From: Candidatus Iainarchaeum sp.
GTDB lineage: Archaea; Iainarchaeota; Iainarchaeia; Iainarchaeales; 0-14-0-20-30-16
Direction: 5' to 3'
Assembly (NCBI GenBank): GCA_028710695.1
Contig: JAQTTP010000001.1
Coordinates: forward strand, 11,833 to 75,832
DNA length: 64,000 bases
Made by a program: the position numbers and the translations under genes. The notes under the pieces were generated by a model that was given only the letters and a program-made list of their open reading frames with translations, did no database searches and was not told where the DNA came from. The stretch's first letter is position 1; every line of letters starts with the position of its first letter. Shown in pieces: positions 60,873 to 64,000 of this stretch.

Positions 60873-61406
60873 TTACACTTCTTTTCCTAATTCTTTTGAG
60901 ATAAATATTTTTGCAATATTTTCTGGCAAAGTAACCTTGTCTCCTGCCGTATACGGACCATATTCAATCATATCAGTTCCAATAAATTTTGGAATTTCTT
61001 TTATGATCTCCAGGTTAACTTGTTTGTCTTCAATTTCTTTTTCAGTCTTGAATTCAACTAAGTATTTTTGTGTGCTCTTTACAAGCTCATCATAGATTTT
61101 AATTTCTTTTCCTGACAGGTTATCAAAGTTTTTGTCATTTCCTTTTGCAGAAGATATTGCTCTTTTAATTATTTTTGTGTACCTTAAGTTAAAAATATCG
61201 TCAACCATCTTTTTGACATTTATGTATTTTCTAAATTCGTCATCTTCAAAACTATACTGTTTTAACTGCACATCTTTCTGTGAGTTTTCCAAGAAATCCT
61301 TTATTTCGTTAAAGAAATTATCTGGTAATTTAACTAATTCAGGTTCCTTAATTTCTTGCCTATGTAACTTTCTAATTATTTCATAGGATAACTCCATCGG
61401 CAGCAC
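60873..61406 (-). CDS. GINS subunit (Gins51/Gins15-like)
   Basis: 177 aa. N-terminal LSYEIIRKLHRQEIKEPELVKLPDNFF resembles the GINS A-domain start. The position directly downstream of priS is the conserved archaeal arrangement. Confidence 0.6.
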   Translation of the reverse strand: MLPMELSYEIIRKLHRQEIKEPELVKLPDNFFNEIKDFLENSQKDVQLKQYSFEDDEFRKYINVKKMVDDIFNLRYTKIIKRAISSAKGNDKNFDNLSGKEIKIYDELVKSTQKYLVEFKTEKEIEDKQVNLEIIKEIPKFIGTDMIEYGPYTAGDKVTLPENIAKIFISKELGKEV

Positions 61407-62604
61407 CTTTTGCTAATAAATATAATGCAATGTTTTCGGGTAATTCAACTAATTGTTTGTAGTATGGCCCGTATGGTTTGCCCGCGATTAGGATTTGGGG
61501 CAGTTTTTCAATATATATCTTTATATTGCCGTTTTTATTAAAAGGATATGCGTCTACGAAGGGCGAAAAGCGATCTAACGTATCTAAAGGGATCTGTTTT
61601 GAGATTAAGGCGGCCCCGCCGTGTATTGTGTTTGGAACCCTCACAATCTTGAAAATATCTATTGATGTGCTTGTGTCAATGCTTAATTTGCTTCCTTGTT
61701 TTAAGTCCCCTAAAAATGAATCTATCACTTTATCCCACAATTCCTTGTTTTTGTCATCGTTTCCAAGTATAGAAATCAGAACCTTCCTTTTTTCCAAAGT
61801 ATTTACTGCATCTTTCTTGCTTTTTACAAATTTCAGGGCAAATCCTGGAATTATTCCCATCTCTACTAAGTCCTTTGTCTTCTGTTTTGAAATGAATTCT
61901 GTAAAGCTTTTTCTAATTTCTCCCTCTGCATTAAAGTAAGGGTATTTGTACTCAATTCTCTTATTAGAAAGCCCAGTTTTTGTAATATAATCGATCAATT
62001 CATTTCTCTCTTCTTGTGTGAGTTTTGACACTTTTTCGGATTTTATTTTCACGTGGTATCCTTTGTGCCCAGAGAAAGAAACAGAAATCTCCTCTTTTTT
62101 GAACCCAAGCTCGTTGATTAAAATATCAATTAAGTTTTTAGTTTGTTTTTTTGTTTCTTCTAAGCATTCATCACAAATATAATCCTCAATTTTTGTATTT
62201 CCTTTGCAATTTGGGCAGGTTTCTAAGCGCCCAGTACCATAACAATTACAATTTGCGCAAAACCACAAATCGTGTTTATCCTTGCATTTAGTAGGCAAAT
62301 CATCAGCATCAAACTCAAATATAAAATCCGAACCAGTTAGTTCTTTTGCCTGCATTGGCCTTGCTGCCGGCTTGTTGTAATATGCTACAGAACAAGATAC
62401 ATAGAACGGAATCTCGCGCCTTAAAAAATCATTGAAAACATAGTCATTTTTGAATTCTAAGTGCCTATTCGCAATTTTCTTCCCAAATATCCCAATTCCG
62501 AACTCTCTTTTTTCAATATTGTCAACAGTAATAAAATGATTCTGATAAAAGCCCTTGTACTTTGATTTCAGATACTGCTCCGTGTCAAAAATCATCCATT
62601 TCAC
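61381..62604 (-). CDS. priS: DNA primase small (catalytic) subunit PriS
   Basis: Catalytic FIFEFDADD, a Zn knuckle (CANCNC...CPNC), and SFSGHKGYHV (SG.rGyH motif). Confidence 0.85.
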   Translation of the reverse strand: MKWMIFDTEQYLKSKYKGFYQNHFITVDNIEKREFGIGIFGKKIANRHLEFKNDYVFNDFLRREIPFYVSCSVAYYNKPAARPMQAKELTGSDFIFEFDADDLPTKCKDKHDLWFCANCNCYGTGRLETCPNCKGNTKIEDYICDECLEETKKQTKNLIDILINELGFKKEEISVSFSGHKGYHVKIKSEKVSKLTQEERNELIDYITKTGLSNKRIEYKYPYFNAEGEIRKSFTEFISKQKTKDLVEMGIIPGFALKFVKSKKDAVNTLEKRKVLISILGNDDKNKELWDKVIDSFLGDLKQGSKLSIDTSTSIDIFKIVRVPNTIHGGAALISKQIPLDTLDRFSPFVDAYPFNKNGNIKIYIEKLPQILIAGKPYGPYYKQLVELPENIALYLLAKGAADGVIL

Positions 62605-62688
62605 ACCCTTTGTGGCTCACCTACATATTTATATATCTATTATATTATATTATATATCTATATTATATATGTAATTGGGGGCTTATTT

Positions 62689-63885
62689 ATGTCTTTAATA
62701 GAACAAATAAAGAAGAAAAGTAATTTAAGTGAAGATGAAATTAATTCAAAAATAAAGGAAAAAATATCCAAATATCCTGGGCTATTTACTGAGGAAAGTG
62801 CTGCCTATGTTTTGGCAAAAGAACTAGGCATTGTTTTAGAGGATAAAGATGTTAAACTTACTCCTTTAAACATTATAGACAACACAATAAAAACGGCAAA
62901 TGTTAATACTGTTGTTGAATATATTTTCCCTCCAAAAGAGTATGTGCAGGGAAGTAAAAAAAGTAAATATGTAAGACTAATTGTTAGAGAAGATGATACT
63001 ACAGTTAACTTGACTTTATGGGATAAATTTGTGCCTTTAGTTGAAACTAAAAAGATAAAAAAAGGATCAATTTTGGCATGTAAGAATTTATCTGTAAACA
63101 AATATAAAAATAAAATATCTCTTGGAACAACATCATTTTCTGATATTCAAGTGACTGGTGAAAAGAAAATTGAACCAGAACAAAAAAGAATTAATGATTT
63201 GTCAGAAAGCGATTTCTTTGTAAAAGTAGAAGCAAAGTTGGTTTCAAAAAGAGAATTAAGAAATATAAATAGCTCAAAAGTAATAAACTTTAGGCTTTAC
63301 GATGGTTTTTACATAAATGCTTCCGCATGGGATGACGCAGCAGAAGAAGTAAATAAAATAGATATTGGAAAAACAATAGTTATTGAAGGCGCCTATGTAA
63401 GGAGAAGACAAAAACTAGAATTGAATGTTCCATCAGACGCAAAAATATCTACTTCTAGCAAAGCATTTGAAGTAGTTGCGGATGCAGACTTACCACTAAA
63501 AAATATTTCTGAATTAGCATACGGTGAAAGAGTAAGACTAAAAGGAACAATAAAAGGCCTTGACAGATTAGTTTCATATAATTGGTGTGACAAGTGTAAC
63601 AAAAAAGCAGAAGACGTTTGTGCTTGTGGAAACAAAGACTTGGTAAAGAACTATATTGTTGGATTTATTTTCGGAGACGAATCTGCAACAACAAAAGCGA
63701 TTCTTTTTAGAAACCAAATTTCCGCACTGTTGGGCTTACAACAAGATATTACAGGAATGACAGAAGACGAAGTTAGCTCAAAACTTTCTACAGTTTTGGA
63801 TAAAGATAAGGAATTTTTGGGTTACTTGAAAAAGAACACATTCTCCGGTGAGGATGAATTTATTGTCATGAGAGTTGTTTCCTAA
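62689..63885 (+). CDS. replication protein A-like ssDNA-binding protein (OB folds plus zinc finger)
   Basis: The N-terminal ...SEDEINSKIKEKISKYPGLFTEESAAYVLAKELGI segment is typical of archaeal RPA. Repeated OB-like segments and CDKCNKKAEDVCACGN. Confidence 0.72.
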   Translation: MSLIEQIKKKSNLSEDEINSKIKEKISKYPGLFTEESAAYVLAKELGIVLEDKDVKLTPLNIIDNTIKTANVNTVVEYIFPPKEYVQGSKKSKYVRLIVREDDTTVNLTLWDKFVPLVETKKIKKGSILACKNLSVNKYKNKISLGTTSFSDIQVTGEKKIEPEQKRINDLSESDFFVKVEAKLVSKRELRNINSSKVINFRLYDGFYINASAWDDAAEEVNKIDIGKTIVIEGAYVRRRQKLELNVPSDAKISTSSKAFEVVADADLPLKNISELAYGERVRLKGTIKGLDRLVSYNWCDKCNKKAEDVCACGNKDLVKNYIVGFIFGDESATTKAILFRNQISALLGLQQDITGMTEDEVSSKLSTVLDKDKEFLGYLKKNTFSGEDEFIVMRVVS

Positions 63886-64000
63886 ATGCGGAAACAATCT
63901 CAGGCCCCTAAAGCAATTTCTGTAAACAAGAAATTGGCTTTTTGGTCATGAGGGTTGTGCAATAATAAGAAATTAGATCAGACAAACAAAACCAATATAA

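Overview
Strongly AT-rich archaeal chromosomal segment. The archaeal call rests on aIF1A, aIF2-alpha and -beta, aRF1, Pelota, ABCE1, TFE, RpoK, Orc1/Cdc6, PriS, GINS, RPA, L10e, S17e, S27e, aEF-1beta, Elp3, Dph2 and Taw3. Dense packing, a split gene and many orphan secreted proteins suggest a small-genome DPANN-like lineage; that is inference, not a database result. I call about 70 CDSs and five tRNAs (Asp-GTC, Lys-TTT, Gly-GCC, initiator Met-CAT, Arg-TCG). I saw no rRNA, CRISPR array, transposase or integrase. A GGTGAT-type Shine-Dalgarno motif 3-6 nt upstream of an internal ATG shows that many ORF-track starts are 3-8 codons too long, so I corrected them. Items most worth a second look: (1) a 429-bp non-coding region (39923-40351) with two arrays of the palindromic octamer GTAATTAC at 9-bp spacing around an AT-rich core, next to a wHTH-like orphan gene and tRNAi-Met; this is a candidate centromere, iteron, origin or operator array. 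(2) tRNA-Asp and tRNA-Gly sit in paralogous cassettes, sharing a near-identical structured block of about 60-70 nt on the 5' side and a two-hairpin module on the 3' side; tRNA-Lys also has the 3' module. (3) A secretome island (13.5-27.3 kb) holds a 1260-aa coiled-coil lipoprotein, an SLT-type lytic transglycosylase, a transglutaminase-like protein and a tightly coupled six-gene operon of orphan secreted or membrane proteins, with orc1/cdc6 embedded in it. (4) A 757-aa cysteine-rich secreted protein. (5) An NFACT/Rqc2 gene split into two halves about 28 kb apart. All functional calls come from motif recognition by eye; no searches were run.
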